A stretch of 64,000 nt of DNA, from the NCBI GenBank assembly GCA_013239625.1, contig MU054323.1, forward strand, positions 19,238,819 to 19,302,818. Reading direction: 5' to 3'. Under the pieces are notes generated by a model. It worked only from the letters and a program-made list of their open reading frames with translations. It made no database searches and had not been told where the DNA came from. Each line of letters starts with the position of its first letter. Position 1 is the stretch's first letter. Below, piece by piece: positions 38,274 to 52,177 of this stretch. Both the position numbers and the translations under genes were made by a program. This DNA comes from Lama guanicoe (taxonomy: Eukaryota).

Positions 38274-38295
38274 GTGTGTGTGTGTGTGTGTGTGT
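38274..38295. repeat. (GT)11 microsatellite
   Basis: Directly visible. Confidence 0.9.
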
Positions 38296-39711
38296 TTCTT
38301 AAACCTTTTTCTATGCATTTACCAACACATATATGTAGAATGTTATAAAATTTGTTATTATACCATGATTATTACCTCATTTTTTCATTTAATGACATAT
38401 AGATATCTTTCAACATTAGTAATTTACTATCTAAGGTGTTTTGAGAGTCTTGGTTTTATATGTTACGAGAAAGTGTCAGCCCAAGGTTTACCCAATTGCA
38501 TCACTTTTTAAGAAGAGAGTCTTTATTTGTAGTTACATTTTAAATCTTTAGGCAAATCTATCTAGCATCTTTCTCAGGAATAATTTGTTATGCACATCCA
38601 TTCAATTCTACAATACCCTAAAAAGCAAGTTTTCCAAAGCTGGAAAATTCTCAAATGGTACTTTCAGACAAGAAGGGCCTATCTAGAGGCATATTTAATT
38701 TTATTTTCAATAGCTATTCAAATTAAATTCACAGATACACAATTCCTCATACAGTTGATAAAAGAAAATATTTTGCCTAGAGTTAGGATATGTGAATCAG
38801 GAGCTACAGCAATGTGTGGAAACACATTACAGAGGCGGCTTGGCAGATACCTGAATTACTGACAGCCACACTGAGCTATTAGCTTGGAATATACACTGAC
38901 TCAATTTTGCTTCAGATGAATAAAGAAGTATGTGTGTGTGCATGTGCGTGTGACAACAAACTAAACTGCGCTTATTTCCGTAACTGACTTTCTCTTAAGA
39001 AGAAAAATAATAAAAGAATAAAGCTACCCTTTCACCAGGACCCAATAAGAGCATGGCTGCTGTTGTTGGGCTTATAAGAGTAAATGCATGGCCCACCTTT
39101 TCCCATAAATACCTCACTTTTTGCAAGTTTCTTGAAAAAACAAAACGGCAATCTAATCTATCTATGCTGACTGTAACACTGCCTCTTGATGATACTTCTG
39201 CAGTGTAAAAACTCAGCTGATATATAATGAAAGGAATTTAGACCTGGATAGGGGTAAAGGATTCCAAATACCTGGTATGAGAGCTGCAACTGCCTCTGGT
39301 CTTCATTTCCCTGGGCAGCTGAGTGCAGACATAGCTTCCAATTCCTCCTCAATGCAGCATTTTGGGAGGCCCCTATTAATCCAACAGAGTTGACATGCAA
39401 GATAAACTCTACTGGCTATCTCTGAAGCTCTGCTGTCAAGTGACATTGTGACTTTGGACAAGTATCTCTTTCATGCCTTATTCTTTCAGAGAACAATGTA
39501 GCCAATTATATCAATCTCCCTGGATTATTATGAAGTTGACATGAAATAAACATCAAGAAACAGCCCAATTTTTTATGCAAGTTGATCTATGTTTGCTAAA
39601 TGAATTCATAGAAACATGGATGAATGGTACTCAAGGTTTTTTTTTATTTTTTAAATTTTAACTTAAAACTTGAGAATATAGTAAATGTAGGAAATTTAGG
39701 ATTTCTCCCTC

Positions 39712-40692
39712 ACTTTATTTTACTTTTAATTGTGGTAAAATACATGTAACATCTAATTTACCACCTTCACCACTTTTAAGTGTACAGCTCAGTAAAGTAT
39801 ATGAATACACACTGCTGTGTAATCTATACATACAATAGAATATTATTCAGCCTTGAAAAAGAAGGTAATCTTAACACATGTTACAACATAGGTGAACCTT
39901 GAGAACATTATGTGAAGAAAAAGAAGCCAGTCACAAAAAGACATAAGGTGAAGATGAATTCAGGGCTTTCTCATCTTGCAAAACTGAAACTCTGTACTTT
40001 TTAAACCGTAAATCCCCACAAATTGGCCCCTTCTCCCAGCTCCTGGCCACTGCCCTTCTACTTTGTTTTTACGAACTTGACTGTACTACATATCTCATAT
40101 AATTGGAATCATACAGCTTTTGTCTTTCTGTGACCAGCTTCTTTTACTTAACATAATGTCTTCAAGGTTCATCCATTGTTGTAGCACGTGTCACAACTCC
40201 CTTCTTAAGGCTGAATCATATTCTATGTATATAGCATATTTTGCTTATTCTTTCATCAGTTGATGGACACTGCATTGCTTCTACCGCTTGGCTATTGTGA
40301 ATAATGCTATGAAAATATATTAACAAATATCTACTTGAGACCCTGTTTTCAGTTCTTCTGGATATATACCCAGACATGGAATTACTGAATCATATGACAA
40401 TTCATTTTTTAACTTTTGAGGAACTGTCATACTGTTTTTCTGGACTATTTTATATTCCCACCAACAAGGCACAAGGGTTTCAATTTTTCCACATCTTCAC
40501 CAACATTTGTTCTTATTTTTGTTTTTAATCGTAGCTATCCTAACCATAATGGGTGTGAGATAATATTGCATTATGGTTTTGATTTGCATTTTGCTACTGA
40601 TTAGTAATATTGAGCATCTTTTTATATGCATGTGGGCCATTCATAAGTATATCCTTTTCAGAGAAATGTCTGTTCATGTCCTTTGCCCATTT
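39712..40692 (-). mobile_element. L1MB-type 3' end containing an internal inverted segment
   Basis: aattgtggtaaaatacatgtaac...ttttaagtgtacagctcag; ggctattgtgaataatgct; ggttttgatttgcatt; gagaaatgtctgttcatgtcctttgccca. Confidence 0.85.
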
Positions 40693-40744
40693 AAACATTT
40701 TTCAACTTTCCTAAATTTTTAATGTTAAAATTTATTTTAAAATG

Positions 40745-42012
40745 TTTTAAAGACCTTTTTAAGCAGTTTTAGGTCACAGCAAAACTAAGAGTTTTTCCGT
40801 ATATCCTTCTGCCCCGACACATGCATAGCCTTCCCAGTTATCAATATTCCCCACAAAAGTGGCACATTTGTTACAATGATGAATCTACGCTGACATACCA
40901 TTATCCCTCAAAGTCCATAATTTACCTTAGGGTACACTTGTGCTGTTATAGATTCAGTGAGTTTGGGGAAATACTCACATGTATTATCATTATGGTATCA
41001 TACGGAGTATTTTCACTACCCTAACATCATCTATGCTCTGCCTATTCATCCCTCTACGAGATCCCCAATCCTTGGCAATTACTGCTCTTTTTACTTTCTC
41101 CATAGTTTTTCCTGTCCCAGAATGTCATATAGTTGGAATCATACAGTATGTGGCCTTTTCAGATTGGCTTCATTCACTTAGTAATAGGCATTTAAGGCTC
41201 CCCTACTCTATGTCTTTTCAAGATATGATAGGTCATTTCTTTTAGCACTGAGTAGTATCTCATTGTCTGGATATACCAGAGTTCATTTTCCAAGTTTTGG
41301 CAATTATGAATAAAGTTACAGGAAACATCCATGTGCAAATTTTGTATGGATACAGTTTTCAACTCCTTTAGGTAAATACCATATGATCTAACAATCGTAT
41401 TCCTTGGTAAGAGTACGTTCACTTTTACAGGAAACTTCCATAATATCCTCCAAAGTGGCTGTACCATTTTGCATCCCCACCAGCAATGAATAGGAGTTCC
41501 TGTTGCTCCACATCCTTGCCAGCATTTGGTGTTGACACTGTTCTGGATTTGGGCTCTTCTAACAGGTGCATAGTGGTATCTCACTGTTTTAATTTGCATA
41601 TCCCAGATGACAAATGAAGTGGAACAACTTTTCATTTGCTCATTTTCCATCTGTATATGTTCCATGGTGAAAAGTCCATTATGTTCATTGGTCCATTTTT
41701 CAATCAGGTTGTTTCCTTAATGTTGAGTTTAAGAGTTCTTTGTATATTTCAGACAACAGCCCTTTATCAGATGCATTTTTTACAAATATTTTTTCCCAGT
41801 TTGTGGCTTGTCTTCTCAATCTCTTGATATTGTCTTTCATGGAACAGAATTTAATTTTAATGAAGTCCAGTTATCCATTGCTTCTTTCATAGATCATGCC
41901 TTTGGTGTTGTGCCTAAAAAGCTAACCCCACCCCCAAGGTCATCTAGATTTTCTCCTATATGTTATCTTCTAAGATTTTTATAGTTTTGCATTTTACATT
42001 TAGGTCTGTGAT
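40745..42012 (-). mobile_element. L1MC1/2-type 3' end plus ORF2 C-terminus
   Basis: agcagttttaggtcacagcaaaac...gtggcacatttgttacaatgatgaatctac; minus ORF 41192-41665 gives NTKCWQGCG...HCWWGCKMVQPLW. Confidence 0.9.
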
Positions 42013-44789
42013 TTAGGATTTCACTCTGTATCACACATTTCAAAAGCAAAAACAAAATTAAAGCAAAAGATAGTTATTTCTCATCTTAGCCAAGAAATTA
42101 GCTGAGTTTTTCTAAAACTCTAAAGGTAAAAAAATATGCATTTGAATTTTGTATGACCTTTTTCAAAACTTCAGATATCATATATTATGTATAGCTATTA
42201 AGAAGAGTTTCACTCTTTCCTCAGGACTTTGATTTTTTTTCTTATTCCTGTATCTCAGGGCTCTCCAATGTGACACACTAATATAACCGAAAGCTAGCTG
42301 CAGCTTTTCATAAAAGGAAAGCACAGAAATGTAGATGTTCTAGAGATGTTGTCAATTCAGAAAAACCACTTAGCCTTGGAAGAAGAATGATGTGAAAATA
42401 CTTATATCTTAAAACAGAAGGAAAACAAGGTCATCTCTTTAATGATGAAAATCTAAAAAGCCAAACTTCCTTGATGAAGAACATAGTTAAAGTAAAATGT
42501 TTATGTGTGTTATTATGATGAATTATCATTTGCTACTAAATGTTGGATTTGATTTCCCTTTGTGCTTTTTCATTATATGTTAGCATTGTTTTTTATGCAT
42601 TATTTGTGGCCAGGACCTATCTTTGTATCACATGGGTGATTAAGGTATTAAGGAGGAAGGACCTGATAGATCATGGCAATTTAACACTATGCTTAAGTAT
42701 CAGGTTACAAGAAAGTTACAAGACAGGAGGGACAAAAAATAGGCCTATACTTAGCTTTAGGTCTTTCATCTGCCAGACAAACCTAATTATTTTATTTTCA
42801 CACAAAAACATACATGAAAAGCTTCTGTTGAATGCTACCACTGCCAACAGCATCTGCTCCTTAACTGACATCGGGGCAAGGACCATAAGAAGGACCGAGT
42901 TTTATCACTAGAACTGGAAAGGGGCAAAATACAGCTTTGGAAGGACAAAGGCCTTCACAACCTGAGATCACACATATAGTATGAATCCCTCACACCTAAC
43001 TTCATCCAGGAAACAAAAAGGAATACATAATGAAACAAGCTAAGTTTCCTCTTAGCCTGAAAATGTTAGCAATCAGAGTGGAATACAAATAAATGCTAAG
43101 GTTTTTGGCATTTTTCTGGAAATCCAATCCCCCAGGGCTCCCAACTATTGTGGTTTGCATGACCCTGAGGCATCAGCACAAGAAGAGACAGGACATTGGG
43201 ACAGGGGAAGAAGACAGAACAACGTCCTCAGAGAAACATTCTCTGGAAGACATCCCAAGAGGCAAGAAGCCAGTGGAATTCGTCAGGGTCACTGGATGCC
43301 CCAAAGTCGTCATTTGATTTTCAATGAGGATCATAAATCAGAATGATTAAATAAGATGCAGGCTAGTTGGGCATCTCATGGATGGGAGGAGGGGCACTGA
43401 TAACACTGCCATTTTTTAAATGATCTGAGTTGATTCTGTTAATCTATTCTATCCCCTGACCCTCACAGTAAATGCTGGTCCCATCTGATTCTTCCTCCTC
43501 TTTCCAATTCCATACTAAGGATGGCTAAAGAGAGCTCTTGCTAAGCCAAGTATCAGCTTCAGTAGAATGTGAGCCTTGGGGGAGAAGTGGGAGATGCTAC
43601 AGCAGGGAGAGAAATGGGGGAGAGACTGGGGAAAGAGAATGAGAGAAAGACTGGGAAGGGTTAGGGTGCTGGAAGAAATCTTTTAAAGCCTGTTTTCAAA
43701 AAGTCTTCTACCCATAGTTGACCTCTAACTGGATAAAAGGAAATCCAACATGTTTGTTCTTTTTTTTTTTTTTTGTATTTTGTTAACTGTTTTGTAGTTT
43801 TGTACGTACTACAATTAACAGGTCGGGGGTGTGTAGAATCAGGGTGCAGAAGATTAACAATGCCATTATTCCAAGGCTCAGCCCCCTCCATCTAGACTGA
43901 TAGAACTTCAGCCCCCATCTGAGTTTCTCCTTCAGTTTTAAGTAGGCATTTCAGAACCAGCTGCCGTTCTTTCATGCTGCGGGGGTACCAACTCCTCATC
44001 CCACCCAACTCAGGCCGCTCAGAGCCTCTGGGGACGGCGCTGCTTGGCAAGTTCCTGGCTGAATACTGAAACTGAGCAGCCAGAAGTCGCCTGCCTGTCC
44101 CTGCAGTCCAAGTCTGAGAACGTGCCCTTTCTTCTTTCCTCACCTGACAGAGGAAATGCTTTCCAGGGTTCAAGCATGGCTGTCAGCCACAGCATGGTCG
44201 GTGCCTCTTTTCAACCCCTGGCATCACACCACACTCAGGAGAGTGCTCGGACATGCTCCTGCCTGTCTCTGACACAGAGCCCGAGAGCCCCCAGGGGGCT
44301 ACTCCTAGGAGCCTTGCTCGCTCCTAAAAACTGATCTTCTCCCTTTACCTCCCGGTCTTTCGGTGTTCTTTGAGTTCCACTAACAATCTCAACTTAATTT
44401 TTCTGAAATTGCTGTTGCTTTGATTATGTGACGTTAGTGTCATCCCTTGGGTAGGCCTGTAGAACTTCATCTGACCTTAGGACGTTTCTGGTATAACTGA
44501 GCTATAGCATGAATATCTTTTCATAGATTCGAAAACTGAAGCATCAAAAGACCAAGTGACTTAGACAAAGCACATGAAATGGTTTACAAAATGAGACAGC
44601 AGATGAATGGACGAGTAAATGAATGACTGACGCGTTCAAGTGGTAGAGACATTAACAAGATTCTCCAATTTCCTAGCAATTAGCCTAATCACCTCTGTTT
44701 GATAAACTGGATTAAAATCTCCTTTTGACCAACTGTGAGCCACATATAACATTTCAAGTTTCTGTGCAAATGAGAAAAAAAAAGAATTG

Positions 44790-45005
44790 TATAGCTCTAT
44801 TAAATTAATGAGATGTTTTATCAGTATATCACCTGTATCATTTTACTATTATATAGCACCTGCTGGGCAGGTGTTAGCTCCATTTTAGGATACAAGAAAC
44901 TAAAGCTCAGAGAGGGTAAGTAGCTTGCCTCAGTGAACACAGCAAATTAACAGCAGAGCTGAGATTTGAACACAGATCTGATTCTAGGTCCGGTGCTTTT
45001 TCAGT
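44790..45005 (-). mobile_element. MIR SINE
   Basis: ccattttaggatacaagaaactaaagctcagagagggtaagtagcttgcc...agagctgagatttgaac. Confidence 0.7.
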
Positions 45006-45954
45006 AAATGAAATCAAGGCTCAGGCCTCCTTGCCTTGCTCACTTCCAAAACAGAGCACTCATTTGTGGCTAACAGAGACTTGAAATGCTTCAAATGACT
45101 TTGAATGCCTGGGAAAGTCAGACATACTTACTTTTACCACAATAGTCACTTGGACCCCCTGTGGTCTCTATGCGCCCACTGTATAGGCACTGTTGCTGGA
45201 TAAGCCAGTTCAAAGAAGTCATTATCAAAATGTAAAATCAAACAGCTAGCAAGACTCCAAACCTCCCCGGAATATAGATTCAGTCTCATTACTGAAGTCT
45301 GCTGGAAACGTGACACTAATAACAGATAGGGACTTTATAGCTTCCATTTCCCTTTGCTGACATTACAAATGTCAAATCTCTCATTTCTCCCAAAGTGCAT
45401 CTACTTGATCTATGCTGCTGAGGCTCCATATATAGTATCCGTCTGGCAGCAGGAAGGATCCTGGCAGAGAAAGTGGGCCCGTTAGTCTTACACAGGGAGA
45501 ACTTATTCCAGGATAGAGACACCACCCCTAGCCTCCCCACCCTCTTTCCACCCCCATGCCCCACCCAGCATGCACTGGCCTGCAAAGTCCAAGGACACTG
45601 GCTGCAAATGGACCACTAACCAGATCACCCAGAATCTAAGAGGATGAGCAGGCCTCCCAAGAAACAAGGGGACTGGACTGGAATACAGTACTGCGCGTGC
45701 TGAAACCGAGATACCCAAGGTGCTGGAAATAAATGACATCATGGGAAGAAGTTACCACAACTCGCTAAAACACAGCTAACCAAGAATTCAACTGTCAAGG
45801 AAAACTAAGTCAGTGTACGTACCCAACCATCATCGTAAACACTGTTGAGAACATAGCTACAGGGGATGAGAGGTGGAACCAAAAAAGCAAAACCAAAACC
45901 AAAAACAAACCTCTGTACTTTGTTCCTGTTTTCCTGCCCCTGCTGTCCCAGTGC

Positions 45955-46360
45955 ATCTATTTAAGCTTGAAGACCCAGTTCAACCCTTATCTCCTGCATG
46001 AAGGCTTCTCATTCTCTCAGGAAAATTTGTTTGCTAACATTCTCCCCCAACAAGGATGGGATGGTGTGTATCTTTTTTACTGCTTTATCCTCTATACTTG
46101 GTAAAGTGCCAGGCATAGAGTGGGAGCTGAATAATTATAACTGAATTAAATAAATCATCCATTAGTCTTCCTTTAGTTCCCATTATACTTCATTCAGATC
46201 AGAGCAGGCCCTTTCTCCTATTTTGACTCTGGGTTTTGCTCTTTTCCCCTCACTGGACTGTCAGTTTTCTGAGAGGTGAGAGGAATCAGGAGCTACGCAT
46301 TTTGGTAACCCAATATTTATCACAACCCTTTTATGGAAAACCAACTCTACCCATGTTTCT
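45955..46360 (+). mobile_element. L2 3' fragments
   Basis: tgaagacccagttcaaccc...tcctgcatgaaggcttctc; actgctttatcc...agtgccaggcatagagtgggagctgaataa. Confidence 0.5.
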
Positions 46361-47224
46361 TGGATAGAACAGAAAGATAGAACCTCTCAAGTAATTCAAC
46401 TCTAACATTCTATTATATTAAGAAAACAAGTTCTTATAAAACATGGTGCTTGAGAAATGTCTAATCTAGTTGAAAAGCAAGAAGAATACCGATTAAATGA
46501 TCAGAGACATTACGCAAGGTTGGCCGTTGAAATTGTAATTAGGCACTCGTTATTTTGTACCCTGCTATATTTAAACAAGTTGTGTGGGAAATAAGACTCA
46601 GGCAGGTAACCACTTTAAATAAACTGAACACAGTATGTGTCCCTAAGAAGGAAAGTTCTGATACGGAGTCTATTTCTTTATATCCCATTCATTGTACTCC
46701 CCAATCTCTGGTCTGATTAAAAGTCCAAGTACACTTTTATTTTAAATTAGCTCTGAAGTCAACAAAAAAAAAATTTTTTTTTTTTTTTACTACTGCAGAG
46801 GTCACCTGGCAAGCGGTCATCCAAATGAAGAAGTGTGAGCTGTAATGCATAGCTAATAGTAGCTAGCTCTGATAATGGAGCCTGATGATCAGCAAAATTT
46901 AAAGGAGTGGAAGGTTTCAAGCCATCAGCAATTCACATGCCGCCCTATACCCAGCTTGCTGGGGTGCTGTATTTCTACCTGCTGTGAGAAATATACTATT
47001 AAGCCAGGTCCCCCAGTACGATAAATCTTTCCAAATAACTTGGGGTGTCAGAACACTGGAAGAAAAGTGATACATTTAATTTAAAAGAGGTTTACCGTGG
47101 CAAACAGTCCCAAGGATTGATGCGGTACCTGTTCTCAGAAGACAGGTGCTATAGGGTACTGAGGTGGGCACACAGACTCAGATTCACAGGTGAACCTCGC
47201 ACCCAGAACCCACGTACAACTGAG

Positions 47225-47430
47225 ACACACATGACGTCTGTGGTATGTGCAGTCTGCCAAGGACAGGGGTAGGAACAGCTCCACGAGTATGTGGCCTGTG
47301 TTTGTACAGAGTCGCAAGCTTGGTTTAAAGCTCTATTATCGCTGTCCTGCAGATCTTGATACATTTTGAACAAGGGGCCCTCACATTTTTTATTTTGCAC
47401 TGGGCTCCACAAATTATGTTGCTGATCCTA
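47225..47430. mobile_element. hAT DNA transposon remnant (MER53-like)
   Basis: cttggtttaaagctct...ttttgaacaaggggccctcacatttttattttgcactgggctccacaaattatgt. Confidence 0.6.
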
Positions 47431-47859
47431 GCCAGGGAAAAGGGTTAGCCGTTATTGACTTTCTGGACGACTGTGCAAGCCCCTTATTGTCTGGTCAGGG
47501 GGTTAAAGTGCCAGATAGCCAGTAATTCAGACATCAGAACATTGTGCTGAACTTAGAAAGAAAATTAATCACACTTAGGACCTGGATCAGCTGCAGGGGA
47601 CTTTCACACACCCTCATTCTGCACTCTGCCCCTGCACCCTCCTCCTAAGAACACTGCTTTATCAGGATGGCTACTGCTTTTGGCAGTTACCCCCTAAGCA
47701 AAACTGTAACATGGACACTATATGTTTGGATGCATCCCCACTCCTCTCCCTGTGCCTTGTTATCCCACCAGTGCCACCAAATCCCTATTCTCCCTCCTTG
47801 TCCACTTGCCCTAGGTGTGCACTGCTCCCATCTTTCTCCGTCTAACCACTAAACTCAAA

Positions 47860-48575
47860 ATGTGCTTTCAGTAAAGTGTCTGATAAGTTATTCACACAGA
47901 ATTGATAAATGAGTTTATACATCCCAAGTACAAAGAACAGCATCTGACATATAGTTGGCATTTAATAAGTATTAGCTATTATTTTTATTATCATTGGTAT
48001 TATTGTGGCTATTAGCACGTTAATCCTCGAGGGGTACACATATTTCTTAAAGTGAGGTGAGTGTGGGATACTTGAAGATGTTAGAAGTCCGGAGGCCTTG
48101 GTTTAGACCATGGATCAACGAATTCAAATTTAAGCCTCATTCCTCAACTATACAAAAGAGGGTAATACCTTCCTTGTAAAATTTTCATAAAGTTTAAATA
48201 AAGAATATAATGAAACCAAGTATCACAATGTCTGACTCATGAGAGGTACTCAACTAAGGTGAGTTTCCATACAGAATTACTACTGTCTACAGGGGCATGA
48301 GCATTTCTCCAAGAGTCAGAATTTAAAACTCTGGCAAGATTGTAGCAGAAAGATATTATCCTGGCAGTAAACAAACCGCTGAAACATTTTCCCCTTCCAT
48401 TCCAACTTAAACTTCTTACTGTACTCATCTTCTAGATCTCAGTTTGGCTGTCACTTCCTCCAGGAAGTCTTCAGTGTTGGGTTTCCATAGAGCCCTGTCC
48501 TCCCTGTCCTATGATGACACAGTATCATGGGCAATTGCTCACTTGTCTGAAGCCCCTGCTTGAGGCTGGGAAATG
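47860..48575. mobile_element. Two MIR fragments and an L2 fragment
   Basis: catctgacatatagttggcatttaataagtattagctatt; agcctcattcctcaactatacaaaagagggtaatacct; tagatctcagtttggctgtcacttcctccaggaagtctt. Confidence 0.5.
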
Positions 48576-48579
48576 TGTC

Positions 48580-49098
48580 CTCCTCTGGCTACAGCAATGT
48601 CTTCCATCCCATGTGCTCGCTGAGATCTTTATCATTCCCTCATCAAGAAGAGAAGTCCTTGTCCCCTTAAACCAGAGTGGACATTTGTGACTGCCTCAAC
48701 TGATGGAGTAGAGTGGAAAATAATTCTATATGACTTCCGAGGTTAGGTCATTAAAGGTGGTGCAGCTTCCACCTGACTGACTCTATGAAAATAACTCCCC
48801 TAGAAGCTTGCCCACCATGGAGGGAAGGAGACTAAGCCATACGGAGAGGCGCTCAAGGAGGGGAGCTGGGGTCCCAGCCTGGCAACAACCAGCATCAACT
48901 TCCCAGTCAAGTGAGTAAGCCATCTTGAAAGCACATACTCATGCCCCGAATCAAGCCACCCCAGATGATGGACTGTGAACAGGTGTGCCTTTTCTAGTGA
49001 TTCCAGTCCAAACTGCAGACTCATGAACAATATAAATGATGTTATTTTAACCCACTAAGTTTTGTGTGATTTGTTAAACAGCAATAGATAATTAGAAC
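48580..49098 (+). mobile_element. MaLR solo LTR (MLT1F/G/H-like)
   Basis: ttgtgactgcctcaac...tgacttccgaggttaggtcattaaagg; ccagtcaagtgagtaagccatcttg; aaactgcagactcatgaac...cactaagttttg...cagcaatagataattagaaca. Confidence 0.85.
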
Positions 49099-49149
49099 AA
49101 ATGTTATTCATAGTCTGTTGAATAGTTAAATTGTCCCTACCTAACCTAA

Positions 49150-49295
49150 TAGAGGCAGGAAATAGATGAGAGATGAGAGGAAAGAAGTGGGGGAGAGAGG
49201 GAAGAAAGGCAAGAGGAAGAAAGGTAGGGAAGGGATGGGAAGGGAGAGAGGAAGAAAGGTATGAAGGGAGAGAGAAAGAGAGGGAGGAAGAAGGA
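49150..49295. repeat. Purine-rich (GA/GGAA) low-complexity tract
   Basis: About 145 nt almost entirely A/G on the + strand. Confidence 0.85.
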
Positions 49296-52177
49296 ATGCT
49301 TTCCATACCCTTGTTTCATTTAATATACTCATTATGTTATATTCTTGATAGGTCAAGAACTATAGACATAGATTTTTATCCACTAGCTAAGAGTTTAGTA
49401 TATAACATGGTCTAAGTTGTAAAGGAAGAAAGCCAGCACTGTTGAAGGAGCTGACTTCCAAATCAAAGACATCCAAGGGAAAGAGAAACTCTGAGTCACC
49501 ATGTCAGTAGCCGATGGAACACTTCCTATCTGGAGTTCCTCTTCCCACTGCACCAGTCTCTAAGCAGGTGTGGTTTTTTGTTTGATCTTGGTCTACACAT
49601 CTTAAGTGTTCAAAATACCACTCCAATAGCAGGAGTGAGGATCGAAGGCAAAAGCAGCCGAGAGTTTCGGGAAAGAGCAGACAGTAATAGACAATTCCAT
49701 TGCATCTGTAGGTGGATTCTAGACCCCAGCTACCCAGTCAACCCCAGAAATATCAAACATCAAGTAGGAGCAAATAGGATCCCCAACATACTCTGCACAT
49801 CCCTGCTCCCTCTCCCACATTTCTGATGATATCAGAGACACTAGGTTGAATAAGAAAGTATTCACTGTCAAGCAACCTTGAATTTCTGGGAGGGGTTTGA
49901 TACACTTGTTAATGGGATCTTTTCCCAACGGATGAGTTTAGAGTTCCCACCTGCTTCTATTAAATCCCTTATATGTTGTCCTCCTTATAGGCAAAGATAA
50001 AGAACCCACTATAATTTTTATGTTGTTTTTGTTTTTCTCAAAGTTCTGATTTTTTTTAGATACTGTGTGGTGATATTTAGCACTCATGCACCTCAACTCT
50101 TTAGGTACCTGAGAAATTTCATTAGAAATGGGTGGACTGAATGCCCTGCCTTCTAAACTGTGAGGTCTGGGTGTTCCTGCAGGTCCTGGAACATTCTTAT
50201 GCAGCTTTAGATTTCTGTAGGCCTTGCAGCTTGTAGATACTTCCTAAATCTTTCCTGAATTATTGGAAAAAAAGGACACCCAGAATGATGACATCAGCTC
50301 TTCTCATAGACAAAAAGCATTAATTTCAAAAAAAAAATTCTGTAAAGTTTGTCCATATGGAGTGAGGCATTATCTACTCCTCTAAAATTTTACTGTTTAA
50401 TTAAGATCACATTTTCCAGAGAGAACTCAGTTTCCACCCTGTCAGGGCTAACGCTGCCTAGTAGTCAGCGAAGGGATTGGTGGGTCTAGCACAAATTTAC
50501 AGAAATTCATCCCCTTTTTTTGCCCATTTAAGCCTTATCATTGTAGCAGCAGCTGCAGGAAATCAAAGCATAATGATTTTTGCCTTTTGCAGTCATTTAA
50601 TCGGTTTTAAAATATCTAAGTATTTTAGCCTGTATTTTCACACTTAAAATATAAGAAAAATATTCTGATAATTTTACTTACTTTTTTGAATTTTCAGAGA
50701 CATATCTGTAAATATAGATATGAATATAAACGTTAAATATAAATAGATGTTTTGTTAATATATAATTATATGTATATAATATATACATGTGAACACTGGA
50801 TGGAAGGAAACAAAAAATATAATTTCTCATTGAAACAGTGACAAACCTATGCTTCTAGATTAGTCAGTTCTAGAACACACTGCTACTTCTCCTTGGAACT
50901 ATTCCAACCTCTTGGCTAGATATATATTTACAAGACATTTTCAGACTTACCCTTGTTTCAAAAGGTGATAAAATTTCAGACTGAGTTTCATGATAAACAC
51001 AATGACTATCAAAGCATGCCACTCTGCTTACCTACTAAGCAAGTAAACATTTTTTCACTCTATGTTCAAGCCCATCTCCATAACCTGCTTAGCATGGCTA
51101 TTTGTATAAACATTTTGGCAGCTTTTTTTTTTCTTAATAAGAAGTTTCATTTCATAGAGGGTCTAATACAGCATATTTAGGAAATATAAAATTAGCAATC
51201 ACTAAAAGGCTATGCATATAAGTATAGACTATTAAGTCAAAATACAGGATGTTAAGCCAGGGAAAGTCAGTTTGCCACAGAGAATGATTAAGTAGAAGGA
51301 AATTTAAACAATTCCGTGGGGCTTTTTGTTTGTTTTTGATTTGGGGAGAGAGACAATCAGGAATTATTCAACTGTGGAAAGACTATTTGGAGACCCGACA
51401 CAAGAGAAATGTTCCTGAAGTGCCCCTTGAAGATTATTCCATCAACAGCAATGATGTTCTCAGACCATTCTTCAGGAGCCTCATAGAATTGCCCTTAGTG
51501 TTCCCCATTATGACAGTTTAACTGCCTCCACCCTGGTCAAATCTCAGATACTACTTAGATAAGGCATAAATTTAAAACGACAGTCTATAGATTGTGGTTA
51601 AAAGAAATCAGATACATGGTTCTTCCTTGAATTTATTAGCATTATCACATGTATGAGTTAATTAAATAATTCTGGGAAACCTTTTGTATCCTGACCCTTT
51701 CCCAGTCCTATAGATCAATGCCATTGGATCATCTCCAGTAGTGGACCATCACAGTGTGGTGGACCAGGACCAAGGAACTGTCTCCAAGAGGCCCTCCACA
51801 GCTATAGGTTTGCATCTTTTATAGCAAGAATTGCATTAGTATTTCACCAAAACCACCCTCTCCTCGCCTTGGGCAATAAAAAATATTGGGACAAATAAGA
51901 TAAAGGGTCAAGTTGTGTGATGTTTTAACACAAATGTAGTTTTATTTATTAAAGATTTATGCTAGTAACTGAGCTAAGAATATGTATATTCAGGTAAAAT
52001 AAGATAAAGGTGGGGGGGAATCAAAATTGTAAAACTTATATATTCGAGGAATTTTATACCAAATAGTGACTCCAATTAATATCCCCAAATTTAACTCTAA
52101 CAGATGCTAAATTATCTACCTTGTCAGTAAAACTAAGATTACTGAGGCTACACTTTGGAATGCTACTACCTCTGTTG

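Noticed and set aside
50400..50620. Possible conserved enhancer with homeobox-like TAAT/ATTA motifs
   Set aside because: Such motifs are frequent in AT-rich DNA, and conservation cannot be judged from one sequence.
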